Origin: an uncultured Gemmatimonadales bacterium
Lineage (GTDB): Bacteria; Gemmatimonadota; Gemmatimonadetes; Longimicrobiales; RSA9
Length of the DNA: 64,000 bases
Direction: 5' to 3'
Assembly: GCA_963708135.1 (NCBI GenBank)
Contig: OY970192.1
Location: 4,192,001 to 4,256,000 of the forward strand
The first letter of the stretch is position 1. Each line of letters opens with the position of its first letter. Below the pieces are notes generated by a model. It saw nothing but the letters and a program-made list of their open reading frames with translations. It was not told where the DNA came from and made no database searches. Of the stretch, positions 19,810 to 30,318 are shown in pieces. Made by a program: the position numbers and the translations under genes.

Positions 19810-20337
19810 CTATGCGAGTGGTGCCTGGCCTGCGTCGCTGGAGAACAGGCAGACCTCGGGCGCCCCTTGCGCGAGCGCGACGGTCCGCTCGAAGCGGAAG
19901 GCGAGCTTGCGGAGCACGTTCTCGGAGGCGGCGTTTCCGGGTGCCGTGATGGCCAGGATCCGGTCCAGCCCGAGCGGACCGCGCGCCTCGGCGAGCACGG
20001 CGCGGGCCGCCTCGGTGGCGTAGCCGCGCGCGCGGTGCGGCGCGAGGAAGGCGAAGCCGAGGTCGGGGGCGTCCAGACCGCCGCGGATGAGCAGCCCGCA
20101 GATCCCGATCGGCCCCGGCGCCTCCTTCCGCTCCACGGCGTAGAGGCCGAAGCCGTGAGCCGCGTAGCTTGCCGCGGGCCCGGCCCGAATGTAGGCGCGG
20201 GCATCCTCCACAGTGCGGACGCCGCGGTCCCCGATGTTCTGGATGAAGGCGGCGTCGTTGAGCAGTTCGAGCACGAAGCCGGCGTCGGCCTCGGTGAGCC
20301 GGCGCAGGATGAGGCGGTCGGTCTCGATCGCAGGCAT
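19810..20337 (-). CDS. GNAT N-acetyltransferase (RimJ/RimL-like)
   Basis: IETDRLILRR, GICGL, DLGFAF, RGYATEA, NAASENVLRKL. Confidence 0.88.
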   Translation of the reverse strand: MPAIETDRLILRRLTEADAGFVLELLNDAAFIQNIGDRGVRTVEDARAYIRAGPAASYAAHGFGLYAVERKEAPGPIGICGLLIRGGLDAPDLGFAFLAPHRARGYATEAARAVLAEARGPLGLDRILAITAPGNAASENVLRKLAFRFERTVALAQGAPEVCLFSSDAGQAPLA

Positions 20338-20348
20338 CCGCGGGTTGC

Positions 20349-21728
20349 TCAGGCGGCTTTCCGCCTCCAGAACCAGTAGACGGGTGTGCCGACGAAGACG
20401 ATGGCGAGGCCGACGGCGGCGCGGCCGGGCTGGGTGAAGAGCGTGTTCAGCACGATCGCCGCGGAGGCCAGGACGAAGAGCACGGGCGTGATCGGGTAGC
20501 CGGGCACGCGGAACGGGCGTGGAGCGTCCGGGAGACGTCGCCTGAGGACGAAGACGCTGGCGGCGCCGAGCGCGTAGAAGATCCAGCCGGAGAAGACGAC
20601 GTACGTGAGCAGCTGCTGGAAGGTCCCCGTCAGCGCCATGACCGCCGCCCATGCGGAGGAGACGAGGATCGCGAAGGCCGGCGTGCCGAAGCGCGGGTGC
20701 ACGTCGCCGAGGCGGCGGAAGAAGACGCCGTCGCGGCCCATGCGGTAGTACATGCGCGGCGCGGTGATGGTGAGCCCGTTGGCGGCGCTGAAGATCGAGA
20801 TCATGATCGCCGCGGCGACGAGCTTCGCCGCTCCGGAGCCGAAGAGCGAGTTGGCCGCGTCCGCGGCCACGGCGGAGGAGCCGGCCACGCCGGCGGGACC
20901 GAGCGCGGCGATGTAGCCGATGTTCATGAGCAGGTAGATCAGGATCAGGACCGTGGTGCCGATGGCGATGGCGGCGGGGAAGGTCCGGCTCGGGTCCCGG
21001 GCCTCGCCGGCGGAGAAGGTCACGTACTGCCAGCCCTCGTATGCCCAGAGCACCCCGATCATCGCCGTGCCCAGCGCGGAGAGCAAGCTCAGGTCCCAGA
21101 CGCGCGGCCAGGTCGAGGGGCCCGCGCCGCTGAAGCCGTGGCCAAGCGACAGGAAGAGCGCGCTCAGCACCAGCAGCGCGCCGACCTTGATGGCCGTGCT
21201 CACGTTCTGCACCCGGGCGCTGTCGCGCGTGCCCCGGATGTTGATGCCGGCGATGAGCGCGATCATGATGAGCGGCACCACCTTGTGCCCCACGGCGCCG
21301 AGGGGCGCCAGGCGCTCGAAGTACGACGTGAACGCCACGGCCAGCGTGGCCACGGAGCCGCTCGAGATGACGAAAAAGAAGGTCCAGCCGAGCAGGAAGG
21401 CCGGGAAGCGGCCGAACGCATCGCGCACGTAGACGTAGAGCCCGCCGGCCTCGGGGTTCATCGCGCCGAGCTCGCCGTAGGTCAGCGCGCCAAGCAGCGA
21501 GAGAATGCCCGCCACCAGCCAGACCAGCAGCGTCGGACCGATCACCCCGCCGCTCTCCTGCATCACCGTGCCCGGCACGATGAAGATGCCGGACCCGATC
21601 ACCGCGCCCACGACGATGAGCACCAGGTCGCCGAAGCCCAGCGAGCGCCGGAGCTCGCCGGCGCCCCCCTCCCCCCCGCTCGCGCCCGGCGCCGCGGCTG
21701 CTTCCGTCGTGCCTGTGGTGTCGCGCAT
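20349..21728 (-). CDS. APC family amino acid/peptide permease
   Basis: VGAVIGSGIF, EAGGLYVY, AYEGW, PFRVPGYP; multiple TM helices. Confidence 0.92.
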   Translation of the reverse strand: MRDTTGTTEAAAAPGASGGEGGAGELRRSLGFGDLVLIVVGAVIGSGIFIVPGTVMQESGGVIGPTLLVWLVAGILSLLGALTYGELGAMNPEAGGLYVYVRDAFGRFPAFLLGWTFFFVISSGSVATLAVAFTSYFERLAPLGAVGHKVVPLIMIALIAGINIRGTRDSARVQNVSTAIKVGALLVLSALFLSLGHGFSGAGPSTWPRVWDLSLLSALGTAMIGVLWAYEGWQYVTFSAGEARDPSRTFPAAIAIGTTVLILIYLLMNIGYIAALGPAGVAGSSAVAADAANSLFGSGAAKLVAAAIMISIFSAANGLTITAPRMYYRMGRDGVFFRRLGDVHPRFGTPAFAILVSSAWAAVMALTGTFQQLLTYVVFSGWIFYALGAASVFVLRRRLPDAPRPFRVPGYPITPVLFVLASAAIVLNTLFTQPGRAAVGLAIVFVGTPVYWFWRRKAA

Positions 21729-21731
21729 GCT

Positions 21732-23162
21732 TCAGCTCCCGGTCCGCTTGGCGATGGTGGTCTGTCCCCCCTGGTGCAGCTCCAGCCGGTCGGGCACGCA
21801 CCCGGCGGCGCCGACACGGCAGCCCGAGCTCGCATAGAAGCGGAGCCGGATGCCGTCGAACTCCTTCACGTCGTAGCTCGCCTCGCTCCGCGCGAGCAGC
21901 GTCAGCCGCATGCTGCCGATCACGGCATACGGCTGCCCACCTTCCAGCACGATGCGGATCGGCCCCACCTCACCGGTTTCGTACGTCCCCGTGAGGGATC
22001 GGAGCACCGCGGGCGCCACCGCCACGGCCGGCGCCGGGGGCGGGAACGGGTCCGGCTCGCCCAGCAGGTACGCGGCGATCTTGCGCGAGAGCCGCCCCGA
22101 CGGGAACGCCTCGAAGTTCGACAGCACCAGGACCGAGAGGTGGTCGTCCGGCAGCCGAAGCTCGTCCGTGGCGAAGCCGTTGATGCCGCCACCGTGGGCG
22201 ATCGTACGGTGCGTCCGCGCCTGCGCGTTCGACGCGTACGGCTGCACCTCCCAGCCAAAGCCGTACGGGAACGTGGAATCGTTCGACAGCTTCACGGGCG
22301 TGTACATCTCGGCGTACGCCGACGCCGGGATGAGCGCGTGCCGGTCGAGCGCCTCGTCCCAGCGCGCCAGATCCTCCACAGTCGAGTAGAGCGCGCCCGC
22401 CGAGAACGGCTGCGTCATGTCGAGGTACGTCGCGTTCCGCAGACGACCGTGCTCGTCCATGCGGTAGCCCGACGCGCGCCACCGGACCAGGTCCGCCGTA
22501 TGGTCGTACCCGCTGTGCTCCATCCCCAGCGGCGTGAAGATGTTCTCGCGCAGGAAATCGTCGTAGCTCTGCCCCGACGCCTTCTCGATCACCGCCCCCA
22601 GCAGCACGTAGCCCGAGTTGCTGTACGACCACTTGGTGCCCGGCTCGAAGTCCAGCGGCTCGTTCTTGAAGAAGTCGATCAGCTCCTGCAGCGTCATCGG
22701 ATCTCCCCACTTCTTCCGCCACGCCGGGATCGCCGTGTAGTTGTGCACCCCCGACGTGTGCGTCAGCAGCTGACGGATCGTGATCCGACCCGCGTTCGGA
22801 TAGTCCGGCAGATACTTCGAGAGGGGATCGTCCACCGAGAGCTTGCCGCGCGACTGCAGGATCATGACCGCCATCGATGTGAACTGCTTCGTGATCGATC
22901 CCAGCCGGAACACCGTGCGCGGCTCGTTCGCCACCGCAAGCTCCACGTTCGCCTCGCCGTAGCCCGCGCGGTGGATCACGCTGTCCCCGCGCAGCACCAG
23001 CACGGACGCCCCGGGACCGCGCAGCGGATCGACCATGCTCTCGGCGATCGAGTCGATCGCCGGAATCCGTTGCGCCGCCGCCGTCGTGGCCCCGGCGGCG
23101 AGGATCACGGGAACGAGCAGCGCACGCCGGAGCACCGGCGCGCCCACGCGCGAGTGTGTCAT
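21732..23162 (-). CDS. Secreted class C beta-lactamase-like serine hydrolase
   Basis: SITK, LLTHTSG, YSN, HGG. Confidence 0.9.
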   Translation of the reverse strand: MTHSRVGAPVLRRALLVPVILAAGATTAAAQRIPAIDSIAESMVDPLRGPGASVLVLRGDSVIHRAGYGEANVELAVANEPRTVFRLGSITKQFTSMAVMILQSRGKLSVDDPLSKYLPDYPNAGRITIRQLLTHTSGVHNYTAIPAWRKKWGDPMTLQELIDFFKNEPLDFEPGTKWSYSNSGYVLLGAVIEKASGQSYDDFLRENIFTPLGMEHSGYDHTADLVRWRASGYRMDEHGRLRNATYLDMTQPFSAGALYSTVEDLARWDEALDRHALIPASAYAEMYTPVKLSNDSTFPYGFGWEVQPYASNAQARTHRTIAHGGGINGFATDELRLPDDHLSVLVLSNFEAFPSGRLSRKIAAYLLGEPDPFPPPAPAVAVAPAVLRSLTGTYETGEVGPIRIVLEGGQPYAVIGSMRLTLLARSEASYDVKEFDGIRLRFYASSGCRVGAAGCVPDRLELHQGGQTTIAKRTGS

Positions 23163-23214
23163 GGCAGAACCCCGTTCCGTGGGGAAAAAGGCGCGGCGAT
23201 CGCCGCGCAGATCC

Positions 23215-23269
23215 TGCATACCGGATGGTGTACGACGCTCAGATTAGCGGCGAACCCACCCCTCTGGAA
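23215..23269 (-). promoter_or_regulatory. Sigma70-like promoter with tandem GntR-like boxes
   Basis: Minus strand TTCCAG-17bp-TAATCT; boxes TGCATACC (23215) and GGTGTACG (23227), 12 bp apart. Confidence 0.55.
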
Positions 23270-23465
23270 AGGGGCGCGAGCCTCGGGCAGGCCATGGCCG
23301 ACGGCGGCGAACCTTGCCCCGGGGGCTCCCCGCACCTTATTTCTGCTCCCACCCGGATCCAGTCTCCGGTCCAGCTTTGGACGCCGGGTGGCCCGCATGC
23401 CAGCGCACCCCTCGCCCCCGCACGGGTCCCATGGAGCCGCACCTCGCCAGCCAGGGGATGGTCGT

Positions 23466-24188
23466 GTGACAAAACGGAAGGCCGGCAGCAGCGCCAGCGC
23501 GGAGCGTCAGGACCGCGGCACGCGCGCGTACACGCAGCTCCGGGAGCTGATCGTGCACGGCAAGCTCGCTCCCGGGACGTGGATCATCGAGACCGATGTC
23601 GCAGACCGGCTCGGCGTCAGCCGGACGCCGGTGCGCGCGGCGCTGCAGCGCCTCCAGCAGGAGGGCTACATCATCGTGACCGCGCGCGGGCAGCAGTACC
23701 GCGCGGCCGTGGCGCCGCTCACGCGCGACGACTCGCGCGAGCTGTTCGGGATCGTGGGCGAGCTCGAGGCGCTGGCGGCCAGCTGGGCCGCTCAGCTCCC
23801 CGATGGGCGGCGTGCCACGGCGGTGGCCGACCTGCGCCGGCTGAACGGCGACCTGCTGGCCGCGGCGCAGGGGCCGCGGCCGGAGCAGAACGTGCTGTTC
23901 GACCTCGACACGACCTTCCACCGCCGCTACGTCGAGGCGGGCTCCGGGCCCCGTCTGCTCGGGCTGCACGAAGCCATCAAGCCGCAGGCCGAGCGCTACG
24001 TGCGCCTCTACATCAGCGCCCTCGTGGACGAGATCGGCACCTCCGTCGAGGAGCACGACGCGATCGTGGCCGCCATCGAGAGCGGAGACGCGGCGGCATC
24101 GCACCGGGCCGTGGAAACCAACTGGGCCAACGCCGCGGAGCGGCTGGCCCGGGTCATCGACACCGTGGGGGAGCGCGGCAGCTGGTGA
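23466..24188 (+). CDS. GntR family regulator (FCD domain)
   Basis: AYTQLRELIVHGKLAPG...LGVSRTPVRAAL wHTH; DTTFH, EEHDAIV. Confidence 0.9.
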   Translation: MTKRKAGSSASAERQDRGTRAYTQLRELIVHGKLAPGTWIIETDVADRLGVSRTPVRAALQRLQQEGYIIVTARGQQYRAAVAPLTRDDSRELFGIVGELEALAASWAAQLPDGRRATAVADLRRLNGDLLAAAQGPRPEQNVLFDLDTTFHRRYVEAGSGPRLLGLHEAIKPQAERYVRLYISALVDEIGTSVEEHDAIVAAIESGDAAASHRAVETNWANAAERLARVIDTVGERGSW

Positions 24189-24245
24189 GCGGCGGACGGG
24201 CGTGCTGTCACATCCCGGGCGGCGCGTGCGTTGAATGGATGTTCC

Positions 24246-24292
24246 TTGCGAAGGCGTGGCGTGCCTGTTAACGTAGCGCTACTTGTATACAA
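24246..24292 (+). promoter_or_regulatory. Sigma70-like promoter with GntR-type operator
   Basis: TTGCGA-17bp-TAACGT, then perfect palindrome TTGTATACAA (24283-24292). Confidence 0.7.
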
Positions 24293-24444
24293 ACTCCGAT
24301 CCATTGCGGTGTGCCGTGAGGCGCCCCGGGGGACGCGCACCGCCTCGCACGCGTTGCCGCCCCCGACCTGCCTTCAATCGAGCGCATGCCGATCCGCCCG
24401 CGCGGCGGGTCTGCTGATCCCGGAACCCATCAAGGAGGGTCCTT

Positions 24445-27400
24445 ATGCTTCCGTCGTATGGAATCGCTCCCCGGTCGGGGGGCGGAGGCCGGCGAGGCCG
24501 CCTGGCGGGGGTGGCGTGGACCGCGAGTCTGGCGGTCGCGCTGCTTACCCTGGCAGCGCCATCGCTCGTGGCACAGGGTGGCTCGGTGGGCGGCACGGTG
24601 GTGGAGGCCAAGACGCTGCGGCCGCTGGCGGGGGCGCAGGTCGTGGTGCAGGGCACCTCGCGGGGCGCGCTGACGGACGCGAACGGCCGTTTCCTGGTGA
24701 CGGGTCTCACGGGCGGCGAGGTGACGCTGCACGTGGTGATGCTGGGCTACAAGGCAGTGGACCAGGCCGTCGCGGTGGGGACGCTGGATGTGCGGATCGG
24801 GCTGGAGGAGGCGGCGGTCGCGCTGAACGAGATCGTGGTGACGGGGCAGCCGGGCGGCACGCAGAAGCGGGCGATCGGCAACTCGATCGCGCAGGTGAAG
24901 GCGGCGGACGTGGTGGCCACGAAGGACGTGCAGAGCGTGCAGGACGTGATCAACGGCCGGGCGCCGGGGGTGGTGGTGATGCCGGGGACGGGGATGATCG
25001 GCAGCGGCTCGCGCATCCGGATCCGCGGCACGAGCACGTTCTCGCTGTCGGGCGACCCGCTGATCTACGTGGACGGCGTGCGGGTGGACAATGAGACGGG
25101 CAGCGGCTTCTCGGTGCAGGCGTTCGGGTCTGGGGTGGTGTCGCGGCTGAACGACTTCAGCCCGGAGGAGATCGAGAGCATCGAGATCCTTAAGGGTCCT
25201 GCGGCGGCGACGCTTTACGGCACGGAGGCGGCGCGCGGGGTGATCAACATCATCACGAAGAAGGGTGCCCCGGGCGGCACGCGCTACTCGTTCACGGTGA
25301 AGCAGGGCGCGAACTGGTTCTCGGACCCGCAGGGGCGGCTGCCGGTGAACTACTGGCGCGATGGGTCGGGGACGGTGCAGAGCCTGAACCTGTACCAGCT
25401 GAACAAGGACAACGGCATCGACCTGTTCCGGACGGGCAACCTGCAGACGTACTCCGCGGGGGTGAGCGGGGGCGCGAGCGGTGTGCGCTACTACGTGAAC
25501 GGCGACCTGTCGCGGAACGACGGGGCGGAGCCGAACAACTTCCGCAACCAGTTCAGCGGGCGGGCGAACGTGCAGATCGAGCCGAGCGAGAAGTTCGACC
25601 TCTCGGCGAACACGGGCTGGATCACGAGCCGGACGGGGCTGTCGTGCGAGGCGGGATGCGGCGGCGCGATGTGGGGGCTGGTGTTCTCGACACCGCACTA
25701 CCTGCCCCAGAACTGCAACTTCGATGGCTGCGGGTTCTACCAGGGCTTCCGGAGCGGTCCGCCGAACCTGGTGGACCGGGCGTTCACGGACCACCAGATG
25801 GTGGGCCGGTTCACGGGCAGCGTGACGATGAACTACCGGCCGGCCAAGTGGATAACGAACAGACTGACGGTCGGCTCGGATGTGACGCAGGAGCAGAACG
25901 TCGAGTACCTGCCGTACCTGACCAACGACACGTCGCGCTACTTCTGGGGGCCGTACTACTCGAACGGCTACAAGGTGCAGACGCGGCGGGCGCTCACCTA
26001 CAACACCTTCGACTACGCGGGCACGCTGAACCTGGACGTGCGGCCGGGCCTCACGAGCGCGACGTCCTTCGGCGCGCAGTACTACCAGAAGCACATCGAG
26101 TTCATCGGCGCGGAGGGTGATGGCTTCGCCGGCGTCGGGATCCAGACCGTCAATGCCGCGGCCACCAAGCCGTACGCGTCGGATGACTTCGTGGACAACA
26201 ACACGCTCGGCGTGTACGGCCAGGAGACGGTCGGGCTGAACGACCGTCTGTTCCTGACGGGCGCGCTGCGCGTGGACAACAACAGCGCGTTCGGCTCGTC
26301 CTTCAACTGGGTCTACTACCCGAAGGCGAGCCTCTCCTGGGTGCTGAACGAGGAGCCCGCGGTGCGGGCCATCCTGCCCCGCTTCGTGGACGCGCTGAAG
26401 CTGCGGCTGGCGTACGGGGAGTCGGGCCAGCAGCCGGTCTCCTTCTCGGCGCTGCGCACGTACTCGCCGGTGACGGGCCCGAACGGCACGCCGTCCATCA
26501 CGCCGAACACGGTGGGCAACCCGGACCTCGGGCCCGAGCGCGGCAAGGAGTTCGAGGGCGGCTTCGACGCCGGGTTCCTCAACGACCGGCTCGCGCTCGA
26601 GTTCACCTACTACAACTCGAAGACGGTGGACGGCATCCTGCTGCGCACGGTGGCGCCGTCGAGCGGCTTCGCGGGCTCGCAGTACGTGAACGCCGGCGCG
26701 ATCCGCAACCAGGGCGTGGAGATCGGGCTGAAGGCGGACCTGCTCGAGAGGAAGAGCTTCGGGTGGGATGCCACCTTCAACTTCTCATCGAACAGCGGGA
26801 AGGTGCTCCAGCTGGCCGGTGGGGACACGACGATCGTGCTCGGCGACCGCCAGTACAAGATCGGCTTCGAGCCGAACGCGTGGTTCCGCGAGCACGTGGT
26901 CAGCGCCCAGCTGGACGCGAACGGCGACGCGATCAAGTCCACCGTCATGTGCGATGACGGCGCGGGCGGCGTGGTGCCGTGCTACACGGGCAGCGTCGTG
27001 ACGGCGCCGCGCGTCTACCTCGGCCGGACGACGCCGGGCATCGAGGGCTCGATCGGCACGGGGATCCGCTTCCTGGGCAACTTCCGCCTGAGCGGGCTGG
27101 TGGACTTCAAGACCAACTACAAGAAGTTCGACAACAACCTGCGCGCGCGCTGCCAGGTCTTCAGCCTGTGCCAGGAGAACATGAACCCGACCCAGTACGA
27201 CCCGGTGTTCATCGCGCAGATGCAGAGCAACAACACCCTGAAGGACTGGATCATCAACGACGCGAGCTTCGCCAAGCTGCGCGAGCTCTCGCTCACCTAC
27301 AACATGCCTTCGCAGGTCGCCCAGCGCATCGGCGCCCACAGCGCGACGCTGAACGTGGCCGCGCGCAACCTGCACACCTGGACGAGCTACACCGGACTCG

Positions 27401-27501
27401 ATCCGGAGGACATGTTCCTGGCGGGAAGCCCGGCATACCTGGAGCAGGACAACCTGCCGCAGCTCATGTCGTTCGTCACCTCGATCAACATCAACTTCTA
27501 G
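24445..27501 (+). CDS. SusC/RagA-type TonB-dependent transporter
   Basis: N-terminal CarboxypepD_reg-like domain, plug IEILKGPAAATLYG, YYPKAS, terminal Phe. Confidence 0.93.
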   Translation: MLPSYGIAPRSGGGGRRGRLAGVAWTASLAVALLTLAAPSLVAQGGSVGGTVVEAKTLRPLAGAQVVVQGTSRGALTDANGRFLVTGLTGGEVTLHVVMLGYKAVDQAVAVGTLDVRIGLEEAAVALNEIVVTGQPGGTQKRAIGNSIAQVKAADVVATKDVQSVQDVINGRAPGVVVMPGTGMIGSGSRIRIRGTSTFSLSGDPLIYVDGVRVDNETGSGFSVQAFGSGVVSRLNDFSPEEIESIEILKGPAAATLYGTEAARGVINIITKKGAPGGTRYSFTVKQGANWFSDPQGRLPVNYWRDGSGTVQSLNLYQLNKDNGIDLFRTGNLQTYSAGVSGGASGVRYYVNGDLSRNDGAEPNNFRNQFSGRANVQIEPSEKFDLSANTGWITSRTGLSCEAGCGGAMWGLVFSTPHYLPQNCNFDGCGFYQGFRSGPPNLVDRAFTDHQMVGRFTGSVTMNYRPAKWITNRLTVGSDVTQEQNVEYLPYLTNDTSRYFWGPYYSNGYKVQTRRALTYNTFDYAGTLNLDVRPGLTSATSFGAQYYQKHIEFIGAEGDGFAGVGIQTVNAAATKPYASDDFVDNNTLGVYGQETVGLNDRLFLTGALRVDNNSAFGSSFNWVYYPKASLSWVLNEEPAVRAILPRFVDALKLRLAYGESGQQPVSFSALRTYSPVTGPNGTPSITPNTVGNPDLGPERGKEFEGGFDAGFLNDRLALEFTYYNSKTVDGILLRTVAPSSGFAGSQYVNAGAIRNQGVEIGLKADLLERKSFGWDATFNFSSNSGKVLQLAGGDTTIVLGDRQYKIGFEPNAWFREHVVSAQLDANGDAIKSTVMCDDGAGGVVPCYTGSVVTAPRVYLGRTTPGIEGSIGTGIRFLGNFRLSGLVDFKTNYKKFDNNLRARCQVFSLCQENMNPTQYDPVFIAQMQSNNTLKDWIINDASFAKLRELSLTYNMPSQVAQRIGAHSATLNVAARNLHTWTSYTGLDPEDMFLAGSPAYLEQDNLPQLMSFVTSININF

Positions 27502-27512
27502 GAGCGGGGACC

Positions 27513-28796
27513 ATGATCAGGGTACTCGAGAATGGTGGCCGGCTCTCCGCCGCGGCACGGCGGCTCGCGGTGGCGGCGCTGGCGCTGCCGCTCCTGGCCG
27601 GCTGCAACACGGACAACCTGCTCAAGGTGTCGGCGCCGAGCCTGCTGCCGGCCGACCGCCTGGAGCAGCCGTCCCAGGCGGCGCTGCTGGTGAACGGCGC
27701 GATCTCGGACTTCGAGTGCGCCATCGGCTCGACCATCATGGTCGAGGGGATCATCGCCGACGAGTTCGGCGATGCCCAGCTCGGCGCCGCCGGGTGGGAC
27801 TACGACCGGCGCACCTCCAACCAGAACCCGGCCGGCTCCTACGGCGTGAACAGCTGCGAGGCCAACCAGACGCCGGGGATCTATACGCCGCTCTCCATCG
27901 CCCGGGGCTCGGCGGACAACGCGCTGAACCACCTGACGGAGTGGACGGACGCCGAGGTCGCGCACCGCGACTCGCTGCTCGCCACGGCCGCGCTGTACTC
28001 GGGCTTCGACTACACCTGGCTGGGAATGACAATGTGCGCCGCGGCCATCGACGTGTCGGCGCCGCTCAGCCCGGCGGAGCTCTTCGCCAAGGCGGAGGAG
28101 CGGTTCACCACGGCGATCACCACGGGCGCGGGCTTCCCGGCCATCCTGGACGCGGCCTACGTCGGGCGCGCCCGCGTGCGGCTGTTCATGGGCAACAAGA
28201 GCGGCGCGGACGACGACGCCAAGCACGTGCCCGACGGCTTCATGTTCTACGCGACGGCGTCCAGCGACAACAACCGGCGCTACAACCGCGTCTACGCGAG
28301 CAACATCCAGTTCGGCTTCTACACGGTCGAGCCGGCATCGCGCGCGCTGACGACGGAAGGCGTGCCGGACCCGCGCGCCGCGGTGGTCAACACCGGGAAC
28401 CGCGGCGCGGACGGCTCCATCATCTGGGCGCAGACGCTCTACACGTCCCAGTCCGATCCGATTCCCGTGGCCACCTGGTACGAGGCCCGGCTGATCTCCG
28501 CCGAGGCGCAGGGTGGCGCTGCGGCCGTGGCGCTGATCAACGCGATCCGCGACAACTACGGCCTGCCGCACTATACCGGCGCCACGGACGAGACGTCCAT
28601 CACCAACCTGATCGTCAGCGAGCGCAGGAAGCAGCTCTTCGCGCAGGGATTCCGGCTCTACGACCAGGAGCGCTTCAACCTGCCGTTCGACCCGCCCGTC
28701 GGCGCGGTCTATCCCGACAAGGGCGGCAACTATGGCGACACGCGCTGCCTGCCGGTGCCGGACGTGGAGAAGTTCAACAACCCGAACGCGGGGTAG
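27513..28796 (+). CDS. SusD/RagB-type surface lipoprotein
   Basis: Lipobox LAGC; EARLISAEA, ERRKQLFAQGFR, CLPVP; follows susC. Confidence 0.85.
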   Translation: MIRVLENGGRLSAAARRLAVAALALPLLAGCNTDNLLKVSAPSLLPADRLEQPSQAALLVNGAISDFECAIGSTIMVEGIIADEFGDAQLGAAGWDYDRRTSNQNPAGSYGVNSCEANQTPGIYTPLSIARGSADNALNHLTEWTDAEVAHRDSLLATAALYSGFDYTWLGMTMCAAAIDVSAPLSPAELFAKAEERFTTAITTGAGFPAILDAAYVGRARVRLFMGNKSGADDDAKHVPDGFMFYATASSDNNRRYNRVYASNIQFGFYTVEPASRALTTEGVPDPRAAVVNTGNRGADGSIIWAQTLYTSQSDPIPVATWYEARLISAEAQGGAAAVALINAIRDNYGLPHYTGATDETSITNLIVSERRKQLFAQGFRLYDQERFNLPFDPPVGAVYPDKGGNYGDTRCLPVPDVEKFNNPNAG

Positions 28797-28806
28797 GGCC
28801 GCGGCT

Positions 28807-28840
28807 CGCGGGCGGCGGAGCGCCGCTCCGTCCGCCCGCG
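28807..28840. terminator. GC-rich hairpin between convergent susD genes
   Basis: CGCGGGCGGCGGAGCG...CGCTCCG(T)CCGCCCGCG; no U-tract. Confidence 0.4.
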
Positions 28841-28912
28841 TGAAGCGCGCCTGACGGCGCGGTCGCCCGACCTTGATGGGGGGTCGCGGAGGCCGCGCCG
28901 TCCTCCGAGCGC

Positions 28913-30307
28913 TCAGCCGGTCCGGCCGCCGATGTTCGGGTTGCCGTTCACCTCGACCGTGGGCAGGGGCAGACAGGTGGTGTTGCCGAAGGGGTTGCCG
29001 CTCTGGTCCACGCCGTTCGGATACTCGGCGCCGGGCTCGCCCTTGAAGGGGACGTCGTGGCTGGTTCCGCGGAAGCGGATGTGGTCGTTGAAGCGGGCGC
29101 CGCCCTCCGCGAACAGCTCTCTCGCACGCTCCTGGATGACGTGGTCGATCACGCCATCCTGGGTGGGGGCGTCCGCCTCCGTGAAGGGCGGCAGGCCGAC
29201 CAGCGCGTGCCTGTCGTTGATGATCTGGCGCGCCGTGGCCAGGTCTCCCGAGCGCGCGGCGGCCTCGGCGATGATGAGCTGCGCCTCCGCGTAGGACACG
29301 AGTCGGTTGGGCGAATCGATGCCCGGCGTCTTGTTGTGGTAGTACCAGGGCGTGACGCCGTCGAAGCCGTTGGCGTTGCCGAAGGTGACCACCACGCGCG
29401 GATCCGCCATGCCCTTCCAGGCCAGGCTCCTGAAGGCGGGAGCGACGGAGGCGTGCCGCCACTGCGGCCCGTTCACGAGGTAGTAGTGGATGTTCCAGCG
29501 GCGCACGTCGGAGCTCGAGCGGGTCGAGAGGTACTCGAAGCCCTCCGGGATGTGCTGCGCGTCCGCAATGGCGCCGCTGAAGTCTCCGAGATCCAGGCGC
29601 ACGCGGGCACGGCCGCCGTAGGCCAGGAGCAGGATGTCGTTCGTCCCGGACTGTTGGGCGAGTGTGATGGCGTCCGTGAAGGTCGTCTCGGCGAGTTGGA
29701 GCACGTCCGCCGGCTGGAGCAGGGGGCCGCCGTCGAACGCGGCCTGGCAGAAGCCCTCGCCGAAGGCGATCATCGAGAACGCCTCGTAGGCCTTCATGGT
29801 GGCCTCCAGCGAGATCTTCTTCGGTACCTGCGCCTCCGTGAAGCCGTCGAGCCGATTGAAGATGTCCTCCGCCTGGAAGCGGGCCGTCTGGAGCGGGGTG
29901 TAGAGGCCGTAGCCGCTCTCGCAGGTCCCCTGCGCGAAGTTGGTGTTGTCGGCGGTGATCTGCCGATCCGCCCACTGCCGCTCGATCAGGTTGCCGGACG
30001 ACTGGATGAACTCGTCCGAGAGCACGTTCGTTGCGCCCACGTAGGTGTCCCACGCGCAGTCGAAGTCCGAGATGGCGCCGTTGACGAGCGTCTGCGCGAG
30101 CGCCGGGGCGTCGAGCGCGTCGGCGGGCACCGTCCCGGGCAGGTCCACCTTCAGGATATCCGCATGGCAGCCCCCGAAGAGGCCAAGCGAGAGGCCGAGC
30201 GCCGCCGCGCGCAGGAGCGGCCACCGCCTCCGCTGTCCGGTTCCCTTTGGCATGGTCGTCCGCTCCGATCGGTTCGGCGTTGCGATTTGGGTGCTGGATC
30301 CGTTCAT
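28913..30307 (-). CDS. SusD/RagB-type surface lipoprotein (second)
   Basis: FGGC lipobox; EAQLIIAEA, ERARELFAEG, CLPLP; alternative start 30253. Confidence 0.85.
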   Translation of the reverse strand: MNGSSTQIATPNRSERTTMPKGTGQRRRWPLLRAAALGLSLGLFGGCHADILKVDLPGTVPADALDAPALAQTLVNGAISDFDCAWDTYVGATNVLSDEFIQSSGNLIERQWADRQITADNTNFAQGTCESGYGLYTPLQTARFQAEDIFNRLDGFTEAQVPKKISLEATMKAYEAFSMIAFGEGFCQAAFDGGPLLQPADVLQLAETTFTDAITLAQQSGTNDILLLAYGGRARVRLDLGDFSGAIADAQHIPEGFEYLSTRSSSDVRRWNIHYYLVNGPQWRHASVAPAFRSLAWKGMADPRVVVTFGNANGFDGVTPWYYHNKTPGIDSPNRLVSYAEAQLIIAEAAARSGDLATARQIINDRHALVGLPPFTEADAPTQDGVIDHVIQERARELFAEGGARFNDHIRFRGTSHDVPFKGEPGAEYPNGVDQSGNPFGNTTCLPLPTVEVNGNPNIGGRTG

Positions 30308-30318
30308 TGCGCGCCTCC